A DNA stretch of 64,000 nucleotides, taken from assembly GCA_001873435.1 (NCBI GenBank), contig MNZB01000003.1, positions 6,427 to 70,426 on the forward strand, given 5' to 3'. The position numbers and the translations under genes were made by a program. This DNA comes from Candidatus Pacebacteria bacterium CG2_30_36_39. GTDB lineage: Bacteria > Patescibacteriota > Microgenomatia > UBA1400 > PJMF01. Position 1 is the first letter of the stretch; each line of letters opens with the position of its first letter. The notes beneath the pieces are model-generated. The model saw nothing but the letters and a program-made list of their open reading frames with translations. It was not told the origin of the DNA and made no database searches. Shown here one piece after another: positions 9,572 through 18,765 of the stretch.

Positions 9572-10276
9572 ATGGAAGAAAACACTGCAAAAAGCAAATT
9601 TAATCTCAAGACTATCTTGAGGATTGTTGTAGTTTTGGGTCTTATGGGTTTTGCTGGCTGGTCATTTTTTCAATATCAAAAAGCTCAGGATAAAGTCACT
9701 GAACTTTCCAATCCAGATGCTCAAAAACAGGTAGCTGTTAAAGAAAAAGAGGAAATTTTAGCCAAAGTTGCTAAATTAATGGTTCTTCCAGAGGGTGAAG
9801 ATCCAACCGTAGCTACTGTGACTGACGCTGAAGTCCTATCTCAATATCAACCATTTTTTCGCAACGCTACTAACGGAGATAAAGTCATTCTTTATGTTCA
9901 ATCTGGCAAAAGCATCATTTATTCACCAGAGAAAAACATCATTGTTAATGTAGGAACAATTTCTGTCCAAGGAAATAATAATCAAAAACTAGACACACAA
10001 AACAAACTCAAGGTAGAAATTAGAGCTGGAGGAGCAAGTCAAGAAAGATTAACTACTTTAGTTGAACAATTGGGCCAGGTGGTTGAGATAGTAAATGTTA
10101 TTCCAGCTGTTCATGCAAATTATCAGGGTCCCACAATTGTTGCGATTACAAAAGATGAAGCCCGCTTACAACAAGCAAAGATTTTTGCATCTAACTTAGG
10201 AGTAAAGCTTTCAACTGAAATGCCAGCTGATGAGGCTCCATCCAATGCTGAGGTAGTAGTAATTGTTGGAAACTAA
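9572..10276 (+). CDS. Membrane-anchored hypothetical protein, possible LytR C-terminal-like domain
   Basis: Single TM, EDPTVATVTD..QPFF..A.NGDKV, C-terminal AEVVVIVG; GAGGA SD. Confidence 0.7.
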   Translation: MEENTAKSKFNLKTILRIVVVLGLMGFAGWSFFQYQKAQDKVTELSNPDAQKQVAVKEKEEILAKVAKLMVLPEGEDPTVATVTDAEVLSQYQPFFRNATNGDKVILYVQSGKSIIYSPEKNIIVNVGTISVQGNNNQKLDTQNKLKVEIRAGGASQERLTTLVEQLGQVVEIVNVIPAVHANYQGPTIVAITKDEARLQQAKIFASNLGVKLSTEMPADEAPSNAEVVVIVGN

Positions 10277-10279
10277 GAT

Positions 10280-10645
10280 ATGGTTGATAAACTCCCTCTA
10301 CCCATTCGTGAAAGAGCAGCAACGCTTACTAGTGTCAAAGATTTATTGATGCTAGGAGAAGAGATTAATCAACTTCATGATTCATCCGATCATGCAGAAT
10401 TATTTGCAATGTATATGAAAGCCAGAGAAGCTGGTAATCGAGAGCGGGAAAAAGAACTAGAGATAGAACTAAGTACTTTGCTCAAGGGTATTACTGGAGA
10501 TTTGGATGCTGTTCATGCAAGAATTATCGAGCTAGTGCCAGACGTTGAGACTTTTGTTAGAGAAGCAAATAAGATTGGCGACGAAAAGCTTCATGCAAAA
10601 TTTACTTGGATGTGGCCTAGAATCATCAATTTACCAGTTAAATAA
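10280..10645 (+). CDS. Hypothetical protein
   Basis: 121 aa ORF starting 3 bp after the upstream gene. Confidence 0.65.
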   Translation: MVDKLPLPIRERAATLTSVKDLLMLGEEINQLHDSSDHAELFAMYMKAREAGNREREKELEIELSTLLKGITGDLDAVHARIIELVPDVETFVREANKIGDEKLHAKFTWMWPRIINLPVK

Positions 10646-10653
10646 TTAAAAAA

Positions 10654-10947
10654 CTAACTACTTTTACCGTTAACCTTATCTCTTAAGGTTGATATTCTTT
10701 TTTCTACTAACTTCCCAGCTTGTTTTAAATATCCTTGCATAGGATTTTTTGTAGTCACCGCTGCTCGGTTTATTTGTTGATGTTTTTCAGTTAATTGATT
10801 AATTTGTTGTTTGGTTTGTAACTGCTCATTTTTCTTCACCAATTGATGCTGAGCAGTTAGGCGCTGCAATGGGGTTTGATAAGCCTTTTTTGTGCCAGAA
10901 GAAGCACTGTGGGCATTAATAATATTGTGATGTGGTATGGTTGCCAT
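10654..10947 (-). CDS. Hypothetical Gln/Lys-rich protein
   Basis: 97 aa ORF filling the gap after tRNA-Pro. Confidence 0.55.
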   Translation of the reverse strand: MATIPHHNIINAHSASSGTKKAYQTPLQRLTAQHQLVKKNEQLQTKQQINQLTEKHQQINRAAVTTKNPMQGYLKQAGKLVEKRISTLRDKVNGKSS

Positions 10948-10983
10948 GGTTTAAGATATAGCTAATTAATAAAGTGGTTGCTA

Positions 10984-11058
10984 TGGTCGGGGAGGAGGGA
11001 GTTGAACCCTCTACCACTCGGTTCCGAACCGAGTATTCTACCGATGAACCACTCCCCG
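10984..11058 (-). tRNA. tRNA-Pro(CGG), CCA encoded
   Basis: CGGGGAG/CTCCCCG-ACCA; anticodon arm CTCGG-TTCGGAA-CCGAG; GGTTCAACTCC T-arm. Confidence 0.93.
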
Positions 11059-11064
11059 AAGGAT

Positions 11065-12435
11065 TTATTTTAACTCTACAGCATAAAGATTCATCGGAGA
11101 ATCTGGGCTAAAGGAAGTTAAAATTAAGATTTTGCTGCCATCGGGCCATGGGTAGACAAAACTTTCTTCAAAAGGTCCTGAATAAACTACGGTATTATTT
11201 GTACCATCATATTCCATAATGTGAATTTGCTGGTCTTTGGCAAAAAGCACATGTTTTGAGTCTGGGAACCATTGCAGAGTATTGATTGCTAGAGAGGTGT
11301 GATAAGCCTGGAACAGCTTAGCTGTTTCAGCTGAGTTGGTTGCTTGTAAGGTTGTAAAAGCGCTAGGAGAAGTTTCAAGCGATTTAGCTGGGCCAAATAA
11401 GTCGGTAGAAAGTAGGAATTTAGAAACAGTTGATGGAGATCCAGATTCTACTCCAATTTGAAAGTTTCTATCTTCTTCACTGTCATAGACATAAATACCA
11501 CCAGGAACAAGATTGCGTTGTTCTTCTTGGGTGCTGCTGGAAGGAACTGGAGATATAATATCAGCAGGCAGAGTCGTTGCTATTGTTGCGGTATAGAGCA
11601 TGCGTTTTTTGTCTGGTGATAAATAAACATTTTTTGCTGATGAAGTTGCAATCTCAATCATTTCATCTGGATATTTTTTCAAAAACTCACGTTCTTTCTG
11701 ATAAATTTCTGATTCCCATTCTGCTAGGATTTGTTTTTGTTTCCAGGAGATATCGGTTTGGGCATCTAAGTCAATTCTTGCTCCAACCTCAATTAAAATT
11801 TCTTTACCATCGGTGCCAATCATTAACTCAGTGCTGTCTGGAGACCAAATGTAACTAGCTTCTTTAAGATTTAAAGCCTTTACATCTTCAGCAATTTGTT
11901 TTGGGGTTTTTTGTAAGGGAATAAAGTTGTTAGAAAGCTCAAGAAGATATAGACCATTTTTGTCTTTTGTTTGAGCTGTATTGGTATAAAAAACTACCTT
12001 TTGACCATCTGGAGAAGTACTCAAAATTGTAACTCCAGTTAGGGTGAGAGGGGAGAAGCTTGGTGCTGTAGGAAATAATTGGGCATTTGTTTGAGTAACC
12101 AATTCAGATCTAATTGCCAATTGTTTTTTCCAAGGAGAATAGCCTTCTTTACGGATTTCAACACTATAGTCTCCTGGCTTTAAATAGAGGGTATTATCAG
12201 TGGCTGTTAATAGTTCTCCATCAATATAAACTTCTGCTCCGCTAGGGAATGAGTTTGCATTTAAAAGACCAGTTTCTGGAGCAAATCCTTTTTGAGTAAA
12301 GCGATAATTGCCTTTGGCGTATTGAATTGCAATGCTAGTTCCCAAGAGAATAACAACGGCAGAAATTAAAGTATATAAAACCCCGAGGTTGACATTGTTA
12401 AAAAGTTTTTTGGGAGCAATGGAGTGAGGAGGCAT
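11065..12435 (-). CDS. PEGA-domain protein with TolB-like beta-propeller repeats
   Basis: TM, GLLNANSFPSGAEVYIDG..LKPGDYSVEIRKEGY (PEGA), SPDG/WSPD/WFPD/WPDG repeats; start moved to 12435 to avoid overlap with mreB. Confidence 0.85.
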   Translation of the reverse strand: MPPHSIAPKKLFNNVNLGVLYTLISAVVILLGTSIAIQYAKGNYRFTQKGFAPETGLLNANSFPSGAEVYIDGELLTATDNTLYLKPGDYSVEIRKEGYSPWKKQLAIRSELVTQTNAQLFPTAPSFSPLTLTGVTILSTSPDGQKVVFYTNTAQTKDKNGLYLLELSNNFIPLQKTPKQIAEDVKALNLKEASYIWSPDSTELMIGTDGKEILIEVGARIDLDAQTDISWKQKQILAEWESEIYQKEREFLKKYPDEMIEIATSSAKNVYLSPDKKRMLYTATIATTLPADIISPVPSSSTQEEQRNLVPGGIYVYDSEEDRNFQIGVESGSPSTVSKFLLSTDLFGPAKSLETSPSAFTTLQATNSAETAKLFQAYHTSLAINTLQWFPDSKHVLFAKDQQIHIMEYDGTNNTVVYSGPFEESFVYPWPDGSKILILTSFSPDSPMNLYAVELK

Positions 12436-12484
12436 AATATTTTGATTGTTCTTATAATCAATAGACGGTATTATAACAGGAGCT

Positions 12485-13510
12485 ATGCTGCGATATCTGG
12501 ACAAATTAAGTGCAACTCTAGCCATTGATCTTGGAACCGAAACAGTTAGAGTTTGGGAAAAAGGCAAAGGTTTAATTGGCGAATACCCAAGTTATTTAGC
12601 TATTGATACCCAATCAAAAAGAATTCTCGCTCATGGAAAAGATGCTTACGATATGCGAGGAAGAGTGGCTGCTAACGTTACTTTATTAAGACCTTTTCAA
12701 AAAGCTCAACTATGGGATCGCAAAGTAGCTCAGGCATTTCTAAAAGTTGTTTTAAGAGATGCTTTAAAAAAGAGTCTTTTAAGTCCAACAATATTATTTA
12801 GTATTCCAGCAAGTTTAAAACCAGCTATTGAAGCAGAAACAGTAGAAATGGGTTATTCATTGGGAGCTAGAGAGGTTTTTACTGTTGTTCAGCCACTAGC
12901 TGCGGCTATTGGAGCTGGTATGCCAGTAGCTGATTCATCTGGGGGATTTATTATGCAGTTGGGAGCTGGTATTTATGAGGCTGGCGTAATTTCTCTTGGC
13001 ACTTTGGTTACCAGTGAACATTCATTTGAAGCTGGTGATGATTTTGAACAAGCCATGCAAAACTTTTTACAACAAAAATATCAGGTCACGATTAGTCATG
13101 AAACAGCAAAAATGTTGATTCATAAACTGGCAACTTTGCATGATGGACATCCTGGATCAGTGCTAATAACTGGTAAAGACGAAAAAACTACTGCTCCCAA
13201 AGAATTGCAGATTAATACAGAACATGTCCGTGATTTCATTGAGGAAAGAGCTCAGGTTATGGTGCAATTAGTCAAGAAATTGCTTAGTAAGGTTCCGGCA
13301 GAACTAACTGGAGATGTGGTTGATAAAGGTTTGTTGCTTGCTGGTGGTGGTGCTTTATTAACTGGTCTTGATAGCTATTTAGTACCGAAACTTGGTATTC
13401 CAGTTTCAATAGTTGATGATCCTGAGAGGGCGGTAGTGCGTGGAATGGGTACAATTCTTGATCATCTTGATGAATTTAAACGAAGTTTGGGCTATCGAGG
13501 TGAACAATAA
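12485..13510 (+). CDS. mreB: MreB/Mbl-family actin-like protein (divergent)
   Basis: LAIDLGT, PLAAAIGAGMPV, AGDDFE, LLAGGGALL, VDDPERAVVRG. Confidence 0.9.
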   Translation: MLRYLDKLSATLAIDLGTETVRVWEKGKGLIGEYPSYLAIDTQSKRILAHGKDAYDMRGRVAANVTLLRPFQKAQLWDRKVAQAFLKVVLRDALKKSLLSPTILFSIPASLKPAIEAETVEMGYSLGAREVFTVVQPLAAAIGAGMPVADSSGGFIMQLGAGIYEAGVISLGTLVTSEHSFEAGDDFEQAMQNFLQQKYQVTISHETAKMLIHKLATLHDGHPGSVLITGKDEKTTAPKELQINTEHVRDFIEERAQVMVQLVKKLLSKVPAELTGDVVDKGLLLAGGGALLTGLDSYLVPKLGIPVSIVDDPERAVVRGMGTILDHLDEFKRSLGYRGEQ

Positions 13511-13579
13511 AAGCCTGGCGGCTATTTACAAAAGATAAGATTTTTGAGAGTCTAGAGTTAGTTAAAGAAAGGCAATTTT

Positions 13580-13915
13580 ATGAATGACGAGATGAACACC
13601 AAACCAACTATGGAAAGTTTTGCAAGAGGATTGCAATTGGCAGTAACTGCAAAAGATGAAAATCCAGTTGAAAGAAAGCCTGGTGATGAAACCCCAATAA
13701 CTGTTACCGATATTACAGCTGAAGTTGATGGTGCATCAGCTGAACAATTGCAAAAATGGGCAGAAGAAATTAATGCAGCAGCTATGGCAAAGAATGTATC
13801 ACCTAAGGTTGTCTTAGCAGATGCTTTGGGTTTAGCCAGAGGCTTTGATAGCACTCCAGTTAGTGCTACAACCCTTAGAGCAGACAAACTGCCAGAACCA
13901 GTTGAACAAACTTAG
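13580..13915 (+). CDS. Hypothetical protein
   Basis: 111 aa, AAGG SD, typical codon usage. Confidence 0.7.
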   Translation: MNDEMNTKPTMESFARGLQLAVTAKDENPVERKPGDETPITVTDITAEVDGASAEQLQKWAEEINAAAMAKNVSPKVVLADALGLARGFDSTPVSATTLRADKLPEPVEQT

Positions 13916-13935
13916 TTATAAATATTGGAAGGAAA

Positions 13936-14232
13936 GTGTTTATGGAAAATGGTGTATCAGGAGCTAAATTATTGGCTTTGCTAGAAGAACACGCAAAAGA
14001 AGTAGAAGTTTCTGGCGAGAAAAAAGGTGGCGACATTGGTCCAGAGGCTTTGGAGATTGTTTTATCTGACGCAGAAGAATTGGGTCCAGAAAAATTGCAG
14101 AGAATGGCAGATCTAATTAATTCAATGGCTAGAAAAGATGGTATGGCTGGTCAGCCATATTTAATGATGATTTTAAGATCAATTCAGCCAAAGGAAAAAA
14201 AGGTAGAAGAGCCCTACGACCCTTTTGCTTAA
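13936..14232 (+). CDS. Hypothetical protein, weakly similar to the upstream ORF
   Basis: 98 aa, GGAAGGA SD; shares the E.LQ..A..IN pattern. Confidence 0.7.
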   Translation: MFMENGVSGAKLLALLEEHAKEVEVSGEKKGGDIGPEALEIVLSDAEELGPEKLQRMADLINSMARKDGMAGQPYLMMILRSIQPKEKKVEEPYDPFA

Positions 14233-14236
14233 AAAT

Positions 14237-15694
14237 TTATAGCACAAGGTTTTTTACTGCTTCTTTAAATTGTTCACCTCTATCTTGGTAATCTTTAAAC
14301 ATACCAAAACTAGCGCTAGCTGGGCTAAGTATTATGGTGCCCTTATTTGTTGGTTGTTTTTGTAGATATTTTTCCATCAAGTACTGAGCTTTTCCTACAG
14401 CTTCTATCATGGATTCGGCAAACTCAATTTTTACTAATTCTTCTGATATTTCTTCTTCATTCAACAGTGGCTCTAGTTTTTTAAGTTCCATTTCCAATCT
14501 TTTACCGGTTGGTTGAAAAAGTATTAACCCAACCACATTTTTGTCTAAAATTGTTTTTGCCAATTCAACAAAATCTTGCTGTCTTTCATAGCCACCGGCA
14601 ATTAATACCACTGGTCCATTAAAACTTTCCAAGGCTTTAATGGCGGCATCTGGCATAGTTGAAAGCGAGTCGTCAAAATAGGAGGTATTCTTTCTTTCAA
14701 GCACAAATTCTAGGCGATGAGGAAGTGACTTAAAACTTTCCAAACTATTTCTAATTTGTTCAGCAGAAAGATTAAAGATAGTTCCTACAATAATTGCTGG
14801 CATAGCATTTAGAACATTGTGCTCGCCACGTAACGGTAGTTTATTAATGGGTAAAATCTCTTCGGTTCTTTGCAACTGATCCTTGCGTAAAATAATGCCA
14901 TTGCGAACGAAAACAACAGCGTCAGGGCCTTCTGTGGTGGAAAAACGCAGATGTTTGCCAGCACTAAGTTGGGCAATCATTGACGAACCTTTAAATTCTG
15001 GATTAAAAATTACAAAATCATTAGCTGATTGAAATTGAGTGATTGGCATTTTTGCTTGTTGGTAACTAGTGGTATCAGCATAATAATCCAGGTGCTCACT
15101 AGTGACGTTTTGCACTACTGCAATATGTGGGCTAATAGTCAAAGTTTCTAATTGGTGACTCGATAGTTCGCAAACCACTAAAGAATCTGAGTTTATTTCT
15201 GGTAAAAGATCTAAAGCTGGTTGGCCAATATTACCGACTAGTTGTGTATTTAAATCATTTGTTTGTAAAACATGATGGATGAGTGCTGAGGTGGTACTTT
15301 TACCTTTGGTGCCAGTGATGCCGATAGTTATTCCTGAGCATAATTCAAAAAAAAGTTGTAGATGAGAAGTAAGTTTACCCCCACTTCTAATAGCTTCGGC
15401 AATTTCTGGAGTAGTTTGAGGTATACCAGGACTCTTAAAAATTAATTTATAAGCACTAAGTTTTGATAAATGATCTGGACCAAAGTGAAGTGATAAATTT
15501 TTGTCATTATTTAATATTTCTTGTTGTTGAGCAGAGAATTTTTCTAATGGTTTGCGATCAGCTAGTCCTAGTTGTAAGTTTGGAAATTTTTTTCTTAAAA
15601 AAAGATAGGTTGACCAACCTTCGCGACCCATTCCAAGGATTATTGTTGGAGTAGTTTCTATTACTTTGAGAAGGCTAGAATCTTTGGTGTTCAT
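14237..15694 (-). CDS. murD: UDP-MurNAc-L-Ala:glutamate ligase, MurD2-like (L-Glu-adding)
   Basis: FKSPGI, GITGTKGKSTT, VGNIG, ELSSHQL, HLDY, LPHRLE, SPASASF..F.DY.DRG; DDSLST and GGYER replace canonical DSKATN and GGxxK; overlaps murL. Confidence 0.9.
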   Translation of the reverse strand: MNTKDSSLLKVIETTPTIILGMGREGWSTYLFLRKKFPNLQLGLADRKPLEKFSAQQQEILNNDKNLSLHFGPDHLSKLSAYKLIFKSPGIPQTTPEIAEAIRSGGKLTSHLQLFFELCSGITIGITGTKGKSTTSALIHHVLQTNDLNTQLVGNIGQPALDLLPEINSDSLVVCELSSHQLETLTISPHIAVVQNVTSEHLDYYADTTSYQQAKMPITQFQSANDFVIFNPEFKGSSMIAQLSAGKHLRFSTTEGPDAVVFVRNGIILRKDQLQRTEEILPINKLPLRGEHNVLNAMPAIIVGTIFNLSAEQIRNSLESFKSLPHRLEFVLERKNTSYFDDSLSTMPDAAIKALESFNGPVVLIAGGYERQQDFVELAKTILDKNVVGLILFQPTGKRLEMELKKLEPLLNEEEISEELVKIEFAESMIEAVGKAQYLMEKYLQKQPTNKGTIILSPASASFGMFKDYQDRGEQFKEAVKNLVL

Positions 15695-17130
15695 GTTAAA
15701 TCCTTACTATCTTCACAGAGTTGTTGGGCTGCAGTTTGGATAATTTTAGTTAATTTTTCATTTAGGTTATGTTGATTATTCCAGAAGCATAGTAGTTGTT
15801 TGGCAGTTTTTTCTAAGTCAGGTATATTTTGTAGGTTATCTTTCCAAACTTTATCTAGAACTATTGGCAATTTTTGGTTTGGGTGGAGTTTTTGGAATTT
15901 TTTAATGCTCAAGAAGAAAGCAGCCTGAGTTTCTTCATGGGTACCAACACACTCAAAAGGTTTATTTGCATCACGTCCCATTAGAGCATTGGCTTCTTTT
16001 ACCATGCTTTCTTTTGCAAATAAATTTTCTGGGAAGATTGGTCCTATTAGTTCTTGTTCAGTTAAAAAAGGGTAGAGAACGGTGAAAACAAAAAGACATT
16101 TTGGACATTCACAGCACCAAATATTTTGTTGTTGTCCTCGATTGCAGCTACGAAAAGTAGCGTGAAATTGTTTTGCTTGGGCAAATAATCCGGCGATTTG
16201 TAATTCTGTTAATGGTCTCAAGATAGAAAGGTATTCAGGGTTATTGTTTTCTGGCTTATTTATAAATTCAGAGACATATTTTCTAAATTTATTTTCAAAA
16301 TCAAAAGTTTTGGAGTATTGATGATTAACGATTGTGCCTTTATATGGCACATTACCTTCATTGGCGGAGAATTCATTGGCAACCAAAATTTGGTTATGAC
16401 CAGCTAAGAAAGCTAATAGACTAGATTCAAAAGCCAATCTGGCGCTAAAGGGAGTATGGCCATTGAGATAACCAGCTTTGTTTAGAGCAAATAACTGGGG
16501 ATCAAAAATTCTTTCAATGGTAAAAACTTTTTTAGCTAGGCTTTTACTTGCCAAGTTTTGTGCTGCTGGTGATTGGGGGAAGCTGAGGAGAATGTCGTAA
16601 GTTAATCCTGCTTCATCTAGCAGGTTGAGTAGTAAGCCTGAATCTTTGCCTCCGCCCACAGGAATCAAATATGAGGAAGAGTTTGTTTCCTTGGGAAGAA
16701 GCTCTTTTTTATCAGGAATATTTTTGATTTCCGTTTTGTTTATAAATTTTACAAAATTTGTTGGTCTAAAGTCGATTTGATTGGTGTAAAAAAACTCTCC
16801 CATGCTATCGATTAAAACTTCTTGCCACCAAGAGCATTGATCTGGATTTAGTTCTCCAGCTTGGATGATTATTTCTGGTGAAGCTGCTGTTTTCCAATAG
16901 CTGAAAAGCTCGATTAAGCCAAGGTGAAAGATCCAATTTTCTAGTTGTTGGAGATCGATTTGTGCAAGTTGTTTTTGAGTGAGAGGTGAAAAAATGATTT
17001 TTGGTTGAAAGACTATGTCTGGTTCCAAGAGAAAATCAAAAACAACCCTCAATGAGTCATCTTCAATTTTCCAGTTATAACCTCGGTAAACAAAGCGAGG
17101 GTGTTTTTTTCTCAAGGCAGCAACTGTCAT
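15691..17130 (-). CDS. murL: UDP-MurNAc-L-Ala-L-Glu epimerase MurL-like
   Basis: SYWK, PP-loop GGGKDS, LNGHTP, NE.SANE, NHQYSK, SCN, WCCECPKC, KPFECVG; coupled to murD. Confidence 0.82.
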   Translation of the reverse strand: MTVAALRKKHPRFVYRGYNWKIEDDSLRVVFDFLLEPDIVFQPKIIFSPLTQKQLAQIDLQQLENWIFHLGLIELFSYWKTAASPEIIIQAGELNPDQCSWWQEVLIDSMGEFFYTNQIDFRPTNFVKFINKTEIKNIPDKKELLPKETNSSSYLIPVGGGKDSGLLLNLLDEAGLTYDILLSFPQSPAAQNLASKSLAKKVFTIERIFDPQLFALNKAGYLNGHTPFSARLAFESSLLAFLAGHNQILVANEFSANEGNVPYKGTIVNHQYSKTFDFENKFRKYVSEFINKPENNNPEYLSILRPLTELQIAGLFAQAKQFHATFRSCNRGQQQNIWCCECPKCLFVFTVLYPFLTEQELIGPIFPENLFAKESMVKEANALMGRDANKPFECVGTHEETQAAFFLSIKKFQKLHPNQKLPIVLDKVWKDNLQNIPDLEKTAKQLLCFWNNQHNLNEKLTKIIQTAAQQLCEDSKDLT

Positions 17131-17209
17131 AATTCCATTATACCCAAGATCTATTAAATAGTCTGTTGGTATGAAGGAAGTTATTTCGTTTAAAAACTAG
17201 GTTTTTATG

Positions 17210-17382
17210 TTCGGGTGAGGTTGTTTTGAGCATATATATTTTACCAAATAGAAAAAATGATAAATATTTCTATTAAACACGAGTAAATATTTACTCTTAA
17301 AGTTAAAAAAGGAAAATTTTTTATTAATCAAATAATTAGCATTTGTTTTAATTTCGGGTCAATGATTTTCGGGTGAGGTTGT
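17210..17382 (+). repeat. Two exact copies of TTCGGGTGAGGTTGT (17210-17224, 17368-17382)
   Basis: Read directly in the murL/wecG divergent intergenic region. Confidence 0.8.
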
Positions 17383-17532
17383 GGTGCTAAAAAAAATAAC
17401 GAATAAAAGACGAAGTATGAAAAAGTATGAACTTTCAACAAAGTTGTGGATTGGGAAAACTCATTGGAGTTGATACAATAGGTATAAGAGGGTATGAGTT
17501 TTCGGACTCTCTTCAGTTTCAAAAAGTTTAAA

Positions 17533-18342
17533 ATGAGTCAACAAAAACCAAAAAAGACAGATGAAACAGTCCTTTTACTAGGTAGAAGCCTTTTTAGCAA
17601 TGATATTGATAGTCTGCTAAATACCATCAAGCAAAAAATTATAAGGCCTAAAGAAACTCTGGTGGTCTATACTCCAAATCCTGAGCAAATAGTTTTGGCT
17701 CAAAAAGATAATAAATTTTCTCAAGTATTAAATAAAGGTGATATTTTAATTCCAGATGGAGTTGGAGTTGTGCTTGCTAGCAAAATTCTTAGTCTATGGC
17801 ATAACAAACCAGCGGTAAAAACAAGAATAGCTGGCGTTGATCTGGTGAAAAAGCTCTTGGGTTTAGCTGGAGAAAATAACTGGAAGGTTTTATTACTAGG
17901 TGGTAAGGGTTATGACAAAGGTTTGCATCATGTCTGGAATAGTGGAATTGCAAAAGAAACCAAGCTTTCATTAATCTGGGAGTCTGGCTATGAAGATATC
18001 TCTCAGCCATCCAAAGAAGAAGAGAGTGATATCCAGTCACTAATAAAGAAAACTAAACCAGATGTGGTTTTTGTGGCTTTTGGCGCTCCCTGGCAGGAAT
18101 TGTGGTTGGATGAGCATCGTGAGTTACTTAGTAATTCAGGTGTTAAATTGGGGATGGCTGTTGGTGGTTCTTTTGATATGTTATTTGGCAAAATTAAACG
18201 CGCTCCATTATTTATGCGGGCCATGGGTTTGGAATGGTTGTATAGATTAATTCAAGAGCCGTGGCGTTGGCGTCGTCAGTTGCAACTATTTGTTTTTATG
18301 GGTTTGGTTTTACGTGAAATTATTAAGCCAAAAACCAAATAG
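17533..18342 (+). CDS. WecB/TagA/CpsF family glycosyltransferase
   Basis: TPNPE, IPDGVG, RIAGVDL, FVAFGAPWQE, VGGSFD, RAP, LEWLYRLIQEPWRWRRQ. Confidence 0.95.
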   Translation: MSQQKPKKTDETVLLLGRSLFSNDIDSLLNTIKQKIIRPKETLVVYTPNPEQIVLAQKDNKFSQVLNKGDILIPDGVGVVLASKILSLWHNKPAVKTRIAGVDLVKKLLGLAGENNWKVLLLGGKGYDKGLHHVWNSGIAKETKLSLIWESGYEDISQPSKEEESDIQSLIKKTKPDVVFVAFGAPWQELWLDEHRELLSNSGVKLGMAVGGSFDMLFGKIKRAPLFMRAMGLEWLYRLIQEPWRWRRQLQLFVFMGLVLREIIKPKTK

Positions 18343-18372
18343 GTGATTATATTTTTTATCGATAAATGATCT

Positions 18373-18412
18373 ATTGCTATATATTAAAGTAGATTGCTTT
18401 ATATTAATGTAT
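18373..18412 (+). repeat. Tandem 20-bp imperfect direct repeat
   Basis: ATTGCTATATATTAAAGTAG / ATTGCTTTATATTAATGTAT (17/20 identical). Confidence 0.7.
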
Positions 18413-18438
18413 AGTCAAAGTCATGATATTTTCCAAAT

Positions 18439-18463
18439 AAAAACCCCGCCTTGCGACGGGGTA
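18439..18463 (-). terminator. Terminator of the HTH gene
   Basis: AAAAACCCCG..CGGGGT hairpin. Confidence 0.65.
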
Positions 18464-18489
18464 TATTTATATTTTAAATTGTGAAAAAG

Positions 18490-18765
18490 CTACTCTTCTT
18501 CGTTTTCAGTTGGGTTGACACCTAAAAGCCAAAGTACAGCTTCCTTTTTGTATCTACGATCTCCGCGAGAGTTAATGCGGATAGCTGGAAGTTTGCCACG
18601 TTTACCCCAACGCTTGATGGTTAAAGGTGAAACTCTCAATAAATCTGCTACCTCACGCACTGTTAGGAGGTCTGGTAGATTATTGATGTCGAGCTTGGCA
18701 GCATCATTGGCTCGGCCAGTTTTTTTGTCTTCCATTTCGGAAACGATGGCAGCTGTATCAGTCAT
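18490..18765 (-). CDS. Excisionase/BldC-like (HTH_17, MerR-type) DNA-binding protein
   Basis: LLTVREVADLLRVSPLTIKRWGKRGKLPAIRINSRGDRRY; GAAAGGA SD. Confidence 0.9.
   Translation of the reverse strand: MTDTAAIVSEMEDKKTGRANDAAKLDINNLPDLLTVREVADLLRVSPLTIKRWGKRGKLPAIRINSRGDRRYKKEAVLWLLGVNPTENEEE

Noticed and set aside
12436-12567. Extended N-terminus of the PEGA protein overlapping mreB
   Set aside because: Head-to-head overlap; ATG 12435 just before the TM helix is more plausible
18490-18765. Prophage/ICE excisionase
   Set aside because: No integrase, att sites or phage genes nearby; housekeeping context
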